From: Geobacter metallireducens GS-15
GTDB taxonomy: Bacteria; Desulfobacterota; Desulfuromonadia; Geobacterales; Geobacteraceae
Direction: 5' to 3'
DNA: 32,000 nucleotides
Assembly: GCF_000012925.1 (NCBI RefSeq)
Contig: NC_007517.1
Span: 1,050,001 to 1,082,000 of the forward strand
Part shown: in pieces, positions 12,375 through 23,680 of the stretch
Layout of the letters: the number at the start of each line of letters is the position of its first letter
How positions within the stretch are numbered: position 1 is the stretch's first letter
Notes under the pieces: model-generated
Told to the model about the DNA's origin: nothing
The model's database searches: none
The model's input: only the letters and a program-made list of their open reading frames with translations
Made by a program: the position numbers and the translations under genes

Positions 12375-12420
12375 GAACCGGGGACCGGGGGGCAGGGACC
12401 GGCAGGAATTGTTGCGCTGA

Positions 12421-12446
12421 AATGGGGATGACACATCCCCATTTTT
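12421..12446 (+). terminator. Rho-independent terminator AATGGGGA-TGACACA-TCCCCATT followed by TTTTT
   Basis: 8-bp perfect stem whose 3' arm runs into a T5 tract, 47 nt after the stop at 12374. Confidence 0.65.
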
Positions 12447-12474
12447 CATTTTGCAGATGAAAGAGGTTATCCCA

Positions 12475-15138
12475 ATGGCAGACAAGGAACTGGCAAAGGT
12501 CTACGAACCCCAGGCCGTTGAAGAGAAGTGGTACCGGACGTGGGAGCGGGAAGGGTACTTCCGCGCCGAAGCGGTGAGCGACAAGCCTTCCTACAGCATC
12601 GTCATCCCTCCTCCCAACGTCACGGGGGCCCTCCACATGGGGCATGCCCTCAACAATACCCTCCAGGACGTCCTCTGCCGATGGAAGCGGATGAGCGGCC
12701 ACAATGTCCTCTGGATGCCCGGCACCGACCACGCCGGCATTGCCACCCAGAACGTGGTGGAGCGGCAGCTTGCCGCCGAAGGGAAGAGCCGCCACGAACT
12801 GGGGCGCGACGCGTTCATCGAGCGGGTCTGGAAGTGGAAGGCCGAGTCCGGCGGGCAGATCATCGGGCAGCTGAAGCGCCTCGGTGCCTCCTGCGACTGG
12901 GAGCGGGAGCGCTTCACCATGGACGAGGGGCTCTCCCGGGCCGTGCGCGAGGTCTTTGTCCGCCTCTACGAGGAAGGGCTCATCTACCGGGACAACCGCC
13001 TCATCAACTGGTGCCCTCGCTGCCACACGGCCCTCTCGGACATCGAGGTGGAGCACGAGGAGAAGGCGGGAAACCTCTGGCATCTCCGCTACCCCGTGGC
13101 GGATGAACCGGGCCGTTTCGTCGTGGTTGCCACCACCCGCCCCGAGACCATGCTGGGGGACACCGCCGTGGCGGTCCACCCCGAGGACGAGCGCTACGCC
13201 GGCCTGGTGGGGAAGACGGTCATCCTGCCGCTGCTGAACAGGCAGATTCCGGTGGTGGCCGACGACTACGTGGACCGGGAGTTCGGCACCGGCGTGGTGA
13301 AGATAACGCCGGCCCACGACTTCAACGACTTCGAGGTGGGGCGGCGCCACAATCTCGACGTGATCAATGTCTTTGACGAGTCGGGGGTCATCAATGCCGC
13401 CGGCCACCAGTACGAGGGGATGGACCGCTTCGCTGCCCGGAAGAAGATCGTGGAGGACCTGGAGGCCCAGGGGCTCCTGGAGAAGATCGACGACCACGCC
13501 CTGGCCGTGGGTGGGTGCTATCGCTGCAAGACCGTGGTTGAGCCCTACCTCTCGCTCCAGTGGTACGTGAAGGTGGGCCCCCTGGCCGAAGAGGCCCTGG
13601 CCGCGGTGAAGGACGGCCGCACCCGCATCGTTCCCCAGCAGTGGGAGAACACTTACTACGACTGGATGGAGAACATTCGCGACTGGTGCATCTCCCGTCA
13701 GATCTGGTGGGGACACCGGATACCGGCCTGGTACTGCGACCACTGCGGCGAGACCACCGTGGCCAAGGTGGATCCGACCAAGTGCTCCAAGTGCGGCAGC
13801 GACGAGATCCGCCAGGAGACCGACGTGCTGGACACCTGGTTCTCCTCGGCGCTGTGGCCCTTCTCCACCTTGGGGTGGCCCGACCAGACGTCGGAGCTGA
13901 AGACCTTCTACCCCACCTCGTGCCTCGTGACCGGCTTCGACATCCTCTTCTTCTGGGTGGCCCGGATGATGATGATGGGACTCCACTTCATGGGAGAGGT
14001 GCCGTTCCGCGACGTCTACATCCACGCCCTGGTCCGCGACGCCCAGGGGCAGAAGATGAGCAAGTCCAAGGGGAACGTCATTGATCCCCTGGTGGTCATC
14101 GACCAGTACGGCACCGACGCCTTCCGCTTCACCCTGGCGGCCTTCGCGGCCCAGGGGCGCGACATCAAGCTGGCCGAGGAGCGGATCGCCGGCTACCGGA
14201 ACTTCGCCAACAAGATCTGGAACGCCTCCCGCTTCGCCCTCATGAACCTGGAAGGGTTCGATCCCGACGCCGTCGATCCGGCGGGTCTGGAGTTCTCCAA
14301 CGCCGACCGCTGGATCCTCTACCGGTTCAACGCTGCCGCGGCCGATGTGCAGGAGGCTCTGGAAGCCTACCGCTACAATGACGCTGCAACGGCACTCTAC
14401 CGCTTCACCTGGAGCGAGTTCTGCGACTGGTACATCGAGCTGGTGAAGGACGATCTCTACCGGGGTGACGAAACCCGCCAGCGGACGGCCCGCTACGTCC
14501 TTTGGCTGGTACTGGAGCATCTGTTGCGGCTCCTCCACCCCTTCATGCCGTTCATTACCGAGGAGATCTGGCAGGCCCTCCCCGGCAGGCGTCCCACGGC
14601 CACCATCATGACCGCGTCCTGGCCGACACCGGACCCCGCCTGGGATTTCGCCGCCGGTGCCGCCGAGATGGAGCTGGTTATGGAGGTGATCCGGGGGATC
14701 AGGAACATCCGGGGAGAGATGGATGTAGCCCCGTCCCGGGAGATCGCCGCCATCCTCAACTGCGGTTCAGAGGCAAGCCTCGATCTCCTGAAAAAGAACG
14801 AGGTCTACATCATGAGCCTGGCGCGGGTCTCTGACCTTGCCATCGGCACGGGGCTGGAGCGCCCGGCCGATGCGGCCATCTCGGTGGCCGGTGACGTGGA
14901 GGTGGCGGTGCCCCTCAGGGGGCTCGTGGACGTGGAGGAAGAGGAGAAGCGCCTCCTCAAGGAAATCGGCAAACTGGACAAGGACATCGAGTTCCTGGCG
15001 AAGAAGCTTGCCAATCCTTCCTTCGTTGAGCGGGCCCCCGCAGACGTGGTGGCCAAAGAGCGGGAGAAATTGACGGAGTTCAGCCAGAAGAAAGAGGTTC
15101 TCCTGGCAAGTCTCGACAAGATTCGAAATCTGAAATAA
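12475..15138 (+). CDS. valS: Valyl-tRNA synthetase
   Basis: Starts MADKELAKVYEP, with AAGAGG 8 nt upstream. Has a HIGH-type motif (HMGHAL), KMSKS, a class Ia editing domain and a C-terminal coiled coil. Confidence 0.97.
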   Translation: MADKELAKVYEPQAVEEKWYRTWEREGYFRAEAVSDKPSYSIVIPPPNVTGALHMGHALNNTLQDVLCRWKRMSGHNVLWMPGTDHAGIATQNVVERQLAAEGKSRHELGRDAFIERVWKWKAESGGQIIGQLKRLGASCDWERERFTMDEGLSRAVREVFVRLYEEGLIYRDNRLINWCPRCHTALSDIEVEHEEKAGNLWHLRYPVADEPGRFVVVATTRPETMLGDTAVAVHPEDERYAGLVGKTVILPLLNRQIPVVADDYVDREFGTGVVKITPAHDFNDFEVGRRHNLDVINVFDESGVINAAGHQYEGMDRFAARKKIVEDLEAQGLLEKIDDHALAVGGCYRCKTVVEPYLSLQWYVKVGPLAEEALAAVKDGRTRIVPQQWENTYYDWMENIRDWCISRQIWWGHRIPAWYCDHCGETTVAKVDPTKCSKCGSDEIRQETDVLDTWFSSALWPFSTLGWPDQTSELKTFYPTSCLVTGFDILFFWVARMMMMGLHFMGEVPFRDVYIHALVRDAQGQKMSKSKGNVIDPLVVIDQYGTDAFRFTLAAFAAQGRDIKLAEERIAGYRNFANKIWNASRFALMNLEGFDPDAVDPAGLEFSNADRWILYRFNAAAADVQEALEAYRYNDAATALYRFTWSEFCDWYIELVKDDLYRGDETRQRTARYVLWLVLEHLLRLLHPFMPFITEEIWQALPGRRPTATIMTASWPTPDPAWDFAAGAAEMELVMEVIRGIRNIRGEMDVAPSREIAAILNCGSEASLDLLKKNEVYIMSLARVSDLAIGTGLERPADAAISVAGDVEVAVPLRGLVDVEEEEKRLLKEIGKLDKDIEFLAKKLANPSFVERAPADVVAKEREKLTEFSQKKEVLLASLDKIRNLK

Positions 15139-15149
15139 TCATTGAAAAC

Positions 15150-15180
15150 ACGCCGTTGGGTATCTCAGCGGCGTTTTTTT
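15150..15180 (+). terminator. Rho-independent terminator ACGCCG-N13-CGGCGT followed by T7
   Basis: Stem at 15150-15155 / 15169-15174 followed by TTTTTTT, 12 nt after the valS stop. Confidence 0.65.
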
Positions 15181-15295
15181 ATCCCTCGGTCGATGGGGTG
15201 GAAGGTGTTTTGCATTTCGTTTTCTGACCCTCTTGTTGTCAAATTTGTGACTGTTGGGGGATCTTACGGAAGTGAAGGCCCGGCGTACGTAATTT

Positions 15296-17197
15296 ATGGC
15301 AGATCTCAAGCGCTACAATGACGGCCTCGTCAAGCTCGACCTCTGGATCAGGAGACTCCTGACCATGGGGGCCCCTGATCTCATCGACACCGCCCTCTGC
15401 GACGGGGCGTGCGACATCGTCCGTGCCGAAACCGGTGTCCTGACGGCCATCAATCGCCAGGCCGGTCTCCTTACCTTTACGGCGGCTTCCGGGGCCTGGA
15501 ACCAGATGATGAAAGGGGTCACGGTTCCCCTGCGCAACGGCAACATCTGCGCGGCTCTGGCCGCCTGCGGAACCCCCCTCAGGGTCGACCGCCTTTCGCT
15601 CTTTTGCCGGGAAAGCTGCGAGCTCTTCCAGGTGGTGGAGATGAATACGGCCCTGCTGGTGCCCATCTTCGACGAGGGAAGGGTGGCTGCCTGTATCGCC
15701 GCGTTCCGCATGGACAAACCCTTCGACCAGGTCGACGAGCAACTGCTCCAGCAGTATGCCCACTCTGCCTCGGCGGTGCTGCGCAATTTCCGCCTCATGG
15801 AAGATCTCAGGCGCCACGCCGCCATGCTGGAAGAGGAGGTGGCGGAGCGTTCCCGGGCCGAGGAGCGGATTCGCCAGATGGCCTATTACGATTCCCTCAC
15901 CGGGCTTCCCAACCGGCGACTCTTCAATGACCGTCTCCGGCAGTCCCTCGCCCTGGCCCAGCGCCACAAGAGGCCCTTGGCGGTCATGTTCCTGGACCTG
16001 GACCGCTTCAAGCTCATCAATGATACCCTCGGCCACGCCGTGGGAGACAGGCTCCTTATGGCGGTGGCAAAGCGCCTTAGAAACTGCTGTCGCCGCGAGG
16101 GGGACACGGTGGCGCGCCAGGGAGGCGACGAGTTCATCATCAACCTATCGGCCATCTCGGATGTGAAGGACGCCTTCACGGTGGCCCAGAAGATCATCGA
16201 CGTCTTCAGAACACCCTTCGTCATTGACGGATATGAGTTGTTCATCACCACGAGCATCGGGATCAGCGTCTATCCCCACGACGGACGCTCCGGCGATGCC
16301 CTGGTGAAAAACGCCGACGTTGCCATGTACCGCGCCAAAGAGCAGGGACGCAACAACTGTCAGCTGTTTGCCCCTGAGATGAATGCCCGGGCCTTTGAGC
16401 GGCTCTCTCTGGAGAACGACATGCGGCGGGCGCTGGAGCGGGACGAATTCGTCCTCCACTATCAGCCCAAGGTGAACGTGGAGCATGGCCAGATCGCCTG
16501 CATGGAGGCCCTGGTCCGCTGGCAGCATCCCAGCATGGGGCTTGTTCCTCCGTCCCGCTTCATTCCCCTGGCCGAGGAGACCGGGCTCATCGTTCCCTTG
16601 GGAGAGTGGGTCTTGCGAACCGCCTGCCAGCAGAACCGGGCATGGCAGGATGCCGGCTATCCCACCATGCAGGTGGCGGTAAATCTCTCACCCCGCCAGC
16701 TCCGGCAGGGAGACCTGTCGGAGACGGTGGCGCGGGTCCTGGCGGAGACCGGGCTTGCCCCGGGGTGGCTCGTCATCGAGGTTACCGAAAGCATCCTCAT
16801 GGACGATGCCGAGGAGACGATCAGAACCTTCCGGCGGCTGGATAGAATGGGGGTCCGGATTTCCATCGACGATTTCGGCACTGGTTATTCGTCGCTTCAC
16901 TATCTGAAAAAGTTTCCGGTCCATACCCTCAAGATCGACCGTTCCTTCGTACGTGAGATCGCCTCCAACCCGGACGATGAGGCCATTGCCGGCGCTGTCA
17001 TCAGCATGGCAAAAGGGCTCAACCTGGGAGTGGTTGCGGAGGGGGTGGAAACCGTGGAGCAGATGGAAGTGCTCAGGGCACTGAACTGCCGGTACATGCA
17101 GGGATTCCTCTTCAGCGAGCCCGCTCCCGCCGAGCAGTTCACCCCGGTGCTCGGTCACGCGGCCACGCCGTATCTCAACTTCGGCAAGTGGTGTTGA
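15296..17197 (+). CDS. GAF-GGDEF-EAL protein (diguanylate cyclase / c-di-GMP phosphodiesterase)
   Basis: N-terminal GAF-like region, an intact GGDEF motif ([10 protein letters not shown]) and an intact EAL motif (CMEALVRW) with the downstream DDFGTGYSS. Confidence 0.9.
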   Translation: MADLKRYNDGLVKLDLWIRRLLTMGAPDLIDTALCDGACDIVRAETGVLTAINRQAGLLTFTAASGAWNQMMKGVTVPLRNGNICAALAACGTPLRVDRLSLFCRESCELFQVVEMNTALLVPIFDEGRVAACIAAFRMDKPFDQVDEQLLQQYAHSASAVLRNFRLMEDLRRHAAMLEEEVAERSRAEERIRQMAYYDSLTGLPNRRLFNDRLRQSLALAQRHKRPLAVMFLDLDRFKLINDTLGHAVGDRLLMAVAKRLRNCCRREGDTVARQGGDEFIINLSAISDVKDAFTVAQKIIDVFRTPFVIDGYELFITTSIGISVYPHDGRSGDALVKNADVAMYRAKEQGRNNCQLFAPEMNARAFERLSLENDMRRALERDEFVLHYQPKVNVEHGQIACMEALVRWQHPSMGLVPPSRFIPLAEETGLIVPLGEWVLRTACQQNRAWQDAGYPTMQVAVNLSPRQLRQGDLSETVARVLAETGLAPGWLVIEVTESILMDDAEETIRTFRRLDRMGVRISIDDFGTGYSSLHYLKKFPVHTLKIDRSFVREIASNPDDEAIAGAVISMAKGLNLGVVAEGVETVEQMEVLRALNCRYMQGFLFSEPAPAEQFTPVLGHAATPYLNFGKWC

Positions 17198-17214
17198 GCG
17201 GGAAAAGCATCTGA

Positions 17215-17233
17215 AACACGGAGCAACCGTGTT
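17215..17233. repeat. Perfect 19-nt hairpin AACACGG-AGCAA-CCGTGTT directly abutting the IS (its presumed target palindrome)
   Basis: 7-bp stem with a 5-nt loop, read directly. CCGTGTT is repeated at 18503-18509 at the other IS junction. Confidence 0.7.
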
Positions 17234-17246
17234 CTCAGTCAACAAA

Positions 17247-18502
<1,256 letters not shown>

Positions 18503-18550
18503 CCGTGTTATTATGACTGCCGTTTTCATGATTGCTTACAGGATCATTTC

Positions 18551-19330
18551 ATGTCCCCAGTGGTTATTTTTGCACTATTTTCTTTTCTCCTCGGCGCCGC
18601 GGTCGGCTCCTTCCTCAACGTCTGCATTTACCGGCTGCCGGCGGGGGAATCGGTGGTTTCTCCCCCATCCCGCTGCCCTGCCTGTGGTGCCAGAATCCGC
18701 CCGTGGCACAACATCCCGATTCTCGGCTGGCTGATCCTGCGAGGGAAGTGCCGCGACTGCGGCGCCCCCATTTCGCCCCGCTACCCCTTTGTGGAGTTGC
18801 TGAACGGCCTCCTCACCCTCGCCCTTTTCCTGAAGTTCGGGCCGTCTCCCACCTTCCTGGTCCTCTTCGTCTTCTGCTCGGCCCTGGTGGCCGTCACCTT
18901 CATCGACCTGGACCACCAGCTCATCCCCGACGTCATCAGCCTGCCGGGGATCGTGGTGGGCTTTGCTTGCTCCTTCGCGCTCCCGTGGCTTGGCTGGAAA
19001 AGTTCCCTCATCGGCATCGTGGCCGGCGGGGGAAGCCTTCTGTCCGTGGCGCGGCTCTACGAGCTCCTGACGAAGAAGGAAGGGATGGGGGGAGGCGACA
19101 TCAAGCTCCTGGCCATGATGGGGGCGTTCCTTGGCTGGCGCTCCGTGCCGTTCATCATCTTCGCCTCGTCCCTCATCGGATCGGTGATCGGCGTCACCCT
19201 CATGCTCGTCCAGAAAAAAGACTCCAAGCTCGCCATTCCCTTCGGGCCGTTCCTGGCGACGGGGGCCGTGCTCTACATCTTCTTCGGCAAGACGATCATC
19301 ACCTGGTACCTGACTTTGGGCGCCCGCTAG
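18551..19330 (+). CDS. pilD: Prepilin peptidase / N-methyltransferase PilD (peptidase A24)
   Basis: 259 aa and polytopic. N-terminal Zn-Cys motifs (CPACG...CRDCG) and the catalytic Asp context GMGGGDIKLL are present. Confidence 0.92.
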   Translation: MSPVVIFALFSFLLGAAVGSFLNVCIYRLPAGESVVSPPSRCPACGARIRPWHNIPILGWLILRGKCRDCGAPISPRYPFVELLNGLLTLALFLKFGPSPTFLVLFVFCSALVAVTFIDLDHQLIPDVISLPGIVVGFACSFALPWLGWKSSLIGIVAGGGSLLSVARLYELLTKKEGMGGGDIKLLAMMGAFLGWRSVPFIIFASSLIGSVIGVTLMLVQKKDSKLAIPFGPFLATGAVLYIFFGKTIITWYLTLGAR

Positions 19331-19340
19331 GGAGGCCTTC

Positions 19341-20936
19341 GTGAAGCAGTTTCGCTTCAGCTTCAGCTTCCTGATCCTCTCGTCCCTCTCCTTCATCCTG
19401 GTCCTCACCTGGGTGCTCCTCAGCCTCATCTCCTTCAAGACTGCCGAGAACGACCTCCTGCAGCAGAAAAGCGACAAGGCGCGGCTTCTCCTCGCGTCCT
19501 TCACGGCCCTGGTCCCCCGGGACCCGGCGGCCGTGGCGTCGTCTCCGGCCAGCACCCTGGCACAGCGGTTCGCCCGGGAAGGGGAGTTCGTGGGGCTCAC
19601 GGTGTCAGGACGCGACGGCACGGTGTTGTACAGTCTGGGATCGGAAGTCCTCGGCGACGGGATGCTCGCCGAAACCATCGCGTCCGGCGCTGAGTTAGCC
19701 CGGTTTTCCGGGGGACGCGGGACACTGCGCCGTTATGCGCCCCTTGTGCGCGACGGGAGATCCGTGGGGGCAGTCCGACTTGAGCTGTCATTAAAGGGAG
19801 AGCAGAAGCTCTTGGCCCAGTCGCGGCATCTCTTCTTGGCGTACTGTGTCCTTGATTTTCTCCTGCTTCTGGCGGTTGGCTCGTTCCTCCTCTCTCGCTT
19901 CATCGTGGCTCCCGTGCGCAGGCTTCTGGCAACCACCGAGCGCATCGGTCAGGGTGACTACAGCCATCGGGCCGCGGTGGGGGGCGGACGGGAGATCGCC
20001 GAATTGGCTGAATCATTCAACGGCATGGTCGATGCCCTGCGAGCCAAGCAGGAGGAGGCCGACCGGTATGTCCGGTCCCTGGAGCAGGCCAACCGGGAGC
20101 TCCAGAAAGCCCGGGAAGAGGCGCTTCGTTCCGAAAAACTGGCATCGGTGGGGCTTCTGGCTGCTGGTACAGCCCACGAGATCGGCACTCCCCTCACGTC
20201 AATTATGGGGTATGCGGGGCTTCTCATGGACGAGGTGGCCGATGACCCCCGAAAAGCCGACTACCTGCGCCGCATCGAACGGGATGCGGAGCGGATCGAC
20301 CGGATCGTACGCGACCTCCTCAATTTTGCCCGCCCCGCCGAGGGGACCACGGAGACCGTCGATGTGGTCGCTCTCGTGGCCTCGACCCTGGAGATGCTCG
20401 AACTGCAGGGGGCCTTCAAGGGGATTGCAGTGACCGTGGACGCCGCCGGGGAGCTTCCCCCGATCGTGGTTGACCCATTCCAGCTCCAGCAGGTGCTCAT
20501 CAACCTGTTCATAAACGCCCGCGACGCCATGTCCGATGGCGGCAAACTTGACGTCAGAACCAGTGCCGACTGGTTCACTCCCCCCGTTCAGACCACCGGT
20601 TCGTCTCTCCATGTCAGCGGGCGCCGCAGGGAAGATTTCGACGGCGTGTTCCGCGCATCCTTCGCCGCCGAGAGTGAACCGGTCCCCTGTGTCCGTATCG
20701 AGGTGGCCGACACCGGCTGCGGCATTGCACCGGAAAGACTCGGGCGGATCTTCGACCCGTTCTTTACCACCAAGGAACCCGGCAAGGGGACCGGCCTCGG
20801 GCTTGCCATCTCGGCCCGCATCGTCGATTCCTTCGACGGGCGGATCACCGTGGAGAGCTCTGTGGGGAAGGGGACCACGTTTGTCATCTGGCTCCCGGTC
20901 GCCGGGAGCGTGACGGACAAAGGAATGGAGCAATGA
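19341..20936 (+). CDS. Sensor histidine kinase (two TM segments, HAMP, HisKA, HATPase_c)
   Basis: GTG start 5 nt after GGAGG. H-box AAGTAHEIGTPL, N-box and G-boxes (DTGCGI, GKGTGLGL). The stop overlaps the start of the downstream regulator. Confidence 0.88.
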   Translation: MKQFRFSFSFLILSSLSFILVLTWVLLSLISFKTAENDLLQQKSDKARLLLASFTALVPRDPAAVASSPASTLAQRFAREGEFVGLTVSGRDGTVLYSLGSEVLGDGMLAETIASGAELARFSGGRGTLRRYAPLVRDGRSVGAVRLELSLKGEQKLLAQSRHLFLAYCVLDFLLLLAVGSFLLSRFIVAPVRRLLATTERIGQGDYSHRAAVGGGREIAELAESFNGMVDALRAKQEEADRYVRSLEQANRELQKAREEALRSEKLASVGLLAAGTAHEIGTPLTSIMGYAGLLMDEVADDPRKADYLRRIERDAERIDRIVRDLLNFARPAEGTTETVDVVALVASTLEMLELQGAFKGIAVTVDAAGELPPIVVDPFQLQQVLINLFINARDAMSDGGKLDVRTSADWFTPPVQTTGSSLHVSGRRREDFDGVFRASFAAESEPVPCVRIEVADTGCGIAPERLGRIFDPFFTTKEPGKGTGLGLAISARIVDSFDGRITVESSVGKGTTFVIWLPVAGSVTDKGMEQ

Positions 20937-22297
20937 AACAACGGGTGCTGGTCATCGACGACGAGGAGAACCTGCGGCACATGCTTGGGGCCATGCTTCG
21001 CAAGAACGGCTACCATGCCGACGAGGCGGCGGACGGTGAGCAGGCCCTCGCCATGGCGGGGGAGCATCCCTATGACTTTATCATCTGCGATATCCGGATG
21101 CCGGTCCTGGATGGGCTCGGTTTCCTCCGCAGGGCCCAGGAGGCGGGGATAGGTGGCACCATCATCATGATGTCCGCCTATGGCACCATCGATACGGCGC
21201 TCCAGTGCATGAAGGAGGGGGCCTACGACTACGTTTCCAAGCCCTTCAAAAACGACGAGATCCTGCTGGTGCTCAAGAAGGCCGAGGAGCGGGAGCGGCT
21301 CAAAACGGAAAACTGCCGGCTGCGGGCTGAGGTTGCCCGGGAGTACTCCTTCGGCGCCATCGTGAGCCGCAATCCTCGGATGCGGGAGATTTTCGAGCTC
21401 ATCCGCAAGGTCTGCGACGTGAAGACTTCGGTCCTCGTCCTGGGCGAATCGGGCACCGGCAAGGAACTGGTGGCCCGGGCCATTCACCACAACGGGAGCC
21501 GCCGGGATGCTCCCTTTGTGGCGGTAAACTGCGGCGCCATCCCCGAGCACCTTCTGGAATCGGAGCTCTTCGGCCACGTGCGGGGCGCCTTCACCGACGC
21601 CGCCTCCGACCGGACCGGGCTCTTCGAGGAGGCCCACGGCGGCACCCTTTTCCTGGACGAAATTGGCGAGATGCCCCCCTCGCTCCAGGTGAAGCTGTTG
21701 CGGGTCCTCCAGGAGGGGGAGGTGCGGCGCGTGGGGGCCGAGCGCCTCTCAAAGGTCGACGTGCGGGTTATCTCGGCCACATCCCGGGATCTGGAGCGGG
21801 AGGTGGCCGAGGGGCACTTCCGCGAGGATCTCTTCTTCCGTCTTAACGTCGTCAGCATCACCCTTCCCCCCCTGCGGGAGCGGCTGGAGGACGTGCCGCT
21901 CCTCGCGGGCCATTTTCTTAATAAACACGGCACTTCCCTTGGGAGGCCGGGAGCGCGGGTGTCTCCCGAGGCGTTGCGGCTCCTTTCCGCGTACGCATGG
22001 CCCGGCAACGTGCGGGAGTTGGAGAACTGCATTGAGCGGGCCCTCATCCTGGGAGACGGTGATGTTGTCGGCCCCGGGGCGCTCCCGGACGGGCTGCGGG
22101 GAGGTGGCGCGGGGTGGGCTATGGTGGGCCCGGACAACGACAATCTCTCCATCAAAAAGGCCGAGGAGCGGCTTGAGCGGGAGTTCATACGCCGCGCCCT
22201 CGAAAAGACCGGCGGCAACCGCACCCACGCGGCCCGGATCCTGGAAATCAGCCACCGTGCTTTGCTCTACAAACTGAAAGAGTATGATATGGAATAA
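20933..22297 (+). CDS. Sigma54-dependent response regulator (REC, AAA+, Fis-type HTH; NtrC/PilR family)
   Basis: REC domain with DIRMPVLDG. Walker A GESGTGKE, a GAFTGA-type motif (GAFTDA), ESELFGH, and a C-terminal HTH (NRTHAARILEISHRALLYKLKEY). Confidence 0.92.
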   Translation: MKQRVLVIDDEENLRHMLGAMLRKNGYHADEAADGEQALAMAGEHPYDFIICDIRMPVLDGLGFLRRAQEAGIGGTIIMMSAYGTIDTALQCMKEGAYDYVSKPFKNDEILLVLKKAEERERLKTENCRLRAEVAREYSFGAIVSRNPRMREIFELIRKVCDVKTSVLVLGESGTGKELVARAIHHNGSRRDAPFVAVNCGAIPEHLLESELFGHVRGAFTDAASDRTGLFEEAHGGTLFLDEIGEMPPSLQVKLLRVLQEGEVRRVGAERLSKVDVRVISATSRDLEREVAEGHFREDLFFRLNVVSITLPPLRERLEDVPLLAGHFLNKHGTSLGRPGARVSPEALRLLSAYAWPGNVRELENCIERALILGDGDVVGPGALPDGLRGGGAGWAMVGPDNDNLSIKKAEERLEREFIRRALEKTGGNRTHAARILEISHRALLYKLKEYDME

Positions 22298-22336
22298 TGT
22301 TGGCACGTATTAATAAAATTGTTGTAATCTTACGAG

Positions 22337-22365
22337 GGCTGTGCAATTATTGCGCAGCCTTTTTT
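22337..22365 (+). terminator. Rho-independent terminator GGCTGTGCAAT/ATTGCGCAGCC followed by T6
   Basis: 11-bp stem with one G-U pair, followed by TTTTTT, 40 nt after the stop at 22297. Confidence 0.65.
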
Positions 22366-22393
22366 AATGTTATCCATGGGGGAGGTGCCGGGG

Positions 22394-22963
22394 ATGGTGC
22401 CAGCACGCATCTCATGTCATGGCGGGAACGTCGGATGTGATAGAGGCTTCACGCTTCTTGAACTCATCCTTGTGGTGGCGATCATCAGCGTCATGAGCGC
22501 CATTGCGGTGCCGGCGTTCAGCAGTTTCTACGGTGACTTCCGGCTCAAATCCGTCGCCCGGGAGATCAGAGACCTCATTCGGGATGCAAAGCTGCTGAGC
22601 ATCCAGGACAAACCGTGCGCAATCCTGTTCGATCCCGACAGATGCATGGCAACGCTTGTCTCCGGAAAGGGGCCTGATGACGAATGGGGAACCGGCGATG
22701 AGTCGGTTGTCAGAACATTGACTCTTCCCGAGGGAGTTAGGTACGGCTATGGCAGCCGCGGACCCTTGAAAGGGCGGACGAAGGCGGAGGACGGCATAAG
22801 CTTCGGGGATAACCGATTTGTCTGCGATGCCGGCATCACGGGAGATTGGGGCGCCGTCTACCTCCAGAGCCAGGCAGGTAGTGCCATGGTGATAACGGTC
22901 AATTCCAAAGAATTTAATCTGGGTGTCTACAAGTGGCGTGGAGGGGCGTGGGTGGAAATCTAG
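22394..22963 (+). CDS. GspH/FimT-family type IV minor pilin
   Basis: Class III signal peptide ...CDRG|FTLLELILVVAIISVMSAIAVPAF with Glu at +5. GGGGGAGG lies ~9 nt upstream of ATG 22394; ORF-track start 22367 is an alternative. Confidence 0.8.
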   Translation: MVPARISCHGGNVGCDRGFTLLELILVVAIISVMSAIAVPAFSSFYGDFRLKSVAREIRDLIRDAKLLSIQDKPCAILFDPDRCMATLVSGKGPDDEWGTGDESVVRTLTLPEGVRYGYGSRGPLKGRTKAEDGISFGDNRFVCDAGITGDWGAVYLQSQAGSAMVITVNSKEFNLGVYKWRGGAWVEI

Positions 22964-22988
22964 CCCTTCGCGCCCGGGAAATGCTTGG

Positions 22989-23027
22989 AAAGGCTATGCA
23001 AAATTTGCATAGCCTTTTGTTTGTTTT
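22989..23027 (+). terminator. Rho-independent terminator AAAGGCTATGCA...TGCATAGCCTTT followed by TTTTGTTTGTTTT
   Basis: Perfect 9-12 bp palindrome centred at ~23003 with a long T-rich tail, 26 nt after the stop at 22963. Confidence 0.75.
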
Positions 23028-23106
23028 CCCGGCATGTTCAAATCTAGGTATTGTTCAACTCAGCTAAGATTAAGGGGTTTGGGGGAAGAAGGTCTGGTTT
23101 ATCGTC

Positions 23107-23122
23107 TGGCACTATGCTTGCT
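23107..23122 (+). promoter_or_regulatory. Sigma54 (-24/-12) promoter TGGCAC-TATGC-TTGCT
   Basis: TGGCAC at 23107-23112 and TTGC at 23118-23121, an exact match to TGGCAC-N5-TTGC. It lies ~40 nt upstream of the ATG at 23161. Confidence 0.8.
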
Positions 23123-23160
23123 TCCCTTGGTAAACGACCACAGAACAGACAGGATCAGAG

Positions 23161-23673
23161 ATGATTTCCAAAGCACACAACAACCGAGGATTCTCACTCA
23201 TCGAGTTGATTGTTACCGTTGCGATTATCGGCATCCTTGCCGGAATCGGGACGGTCATGTACCTGCGTGAGCTCCCGCTCTATCGGCTCAAGGATGCAAC
23301 GCGCCTACTGTTCAGCGATATCCAGAGTGCCCGCATCTGCGCCCTGCGCAACGGTGCTCCGTGCACCCTTGAGCAGTTCCCGACCAATGGAAACGGTTAT
23401 CGAATTGTCCAGAACGGGACGGTTCTCAAGACAATTGATTTGGGCGGTTTCACCGGCGTTTCATTCGGTAGCCTGAATGCCGACGCCCCTGCTCCCGATT
23501 CAGGGACCTTCACCAGCAACCAACTGGTCATTCAGCCCAGCGGAATTGCATCGACGGGAAATTTCTACCTCAAGGATAATCGCAACCCGGCGGATGGGAG
23601 AAGGATCGCGGTCAATGCCGCCGGCCGGCCGATAATTTCCTCGTGGGACAGTTCAACCTCCACCTATAAATGA
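23161..23673 (+). CDS. fimU: GspH/FimT-family type IV minor pilin (FimU-like by position)
   Basis: MISKAHNNRG|FSLIELIVTVAIIGILAGIG prepilin motif. It heads a pilV-pilW-pilX-pilY1 operon, as fimU does in Pseudomonas. Confidence 0.75.
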   Translation: MISKAHNNRGFSLIELIVTVAIIGILAGIGTVMYLRELPLYRLKDATRLLFSDIQSARICALRNGAPCTLEQFPTNGNGYRIVQNGTVLKTIDLGGFTGVSFGSLNADAPAPDSGTFTSNQLVIQPSGIASTGNFYLKDNRNPADGRRIAVNAAGRPIISSWDSSTSTYK

Positions 23674-23680
23674 GGGCGCT

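Noticed and set aside
22301-22317. TGGCACG at 22301 as a possible second sigma54 promoter, for the first GspH/FimT-like gene
   Set aside because: The -12 element is AATA rather than TTGC after the N4-5 spacer. The site also lies upstream of a strong terminator (22337-22365), which would stop any transcript.
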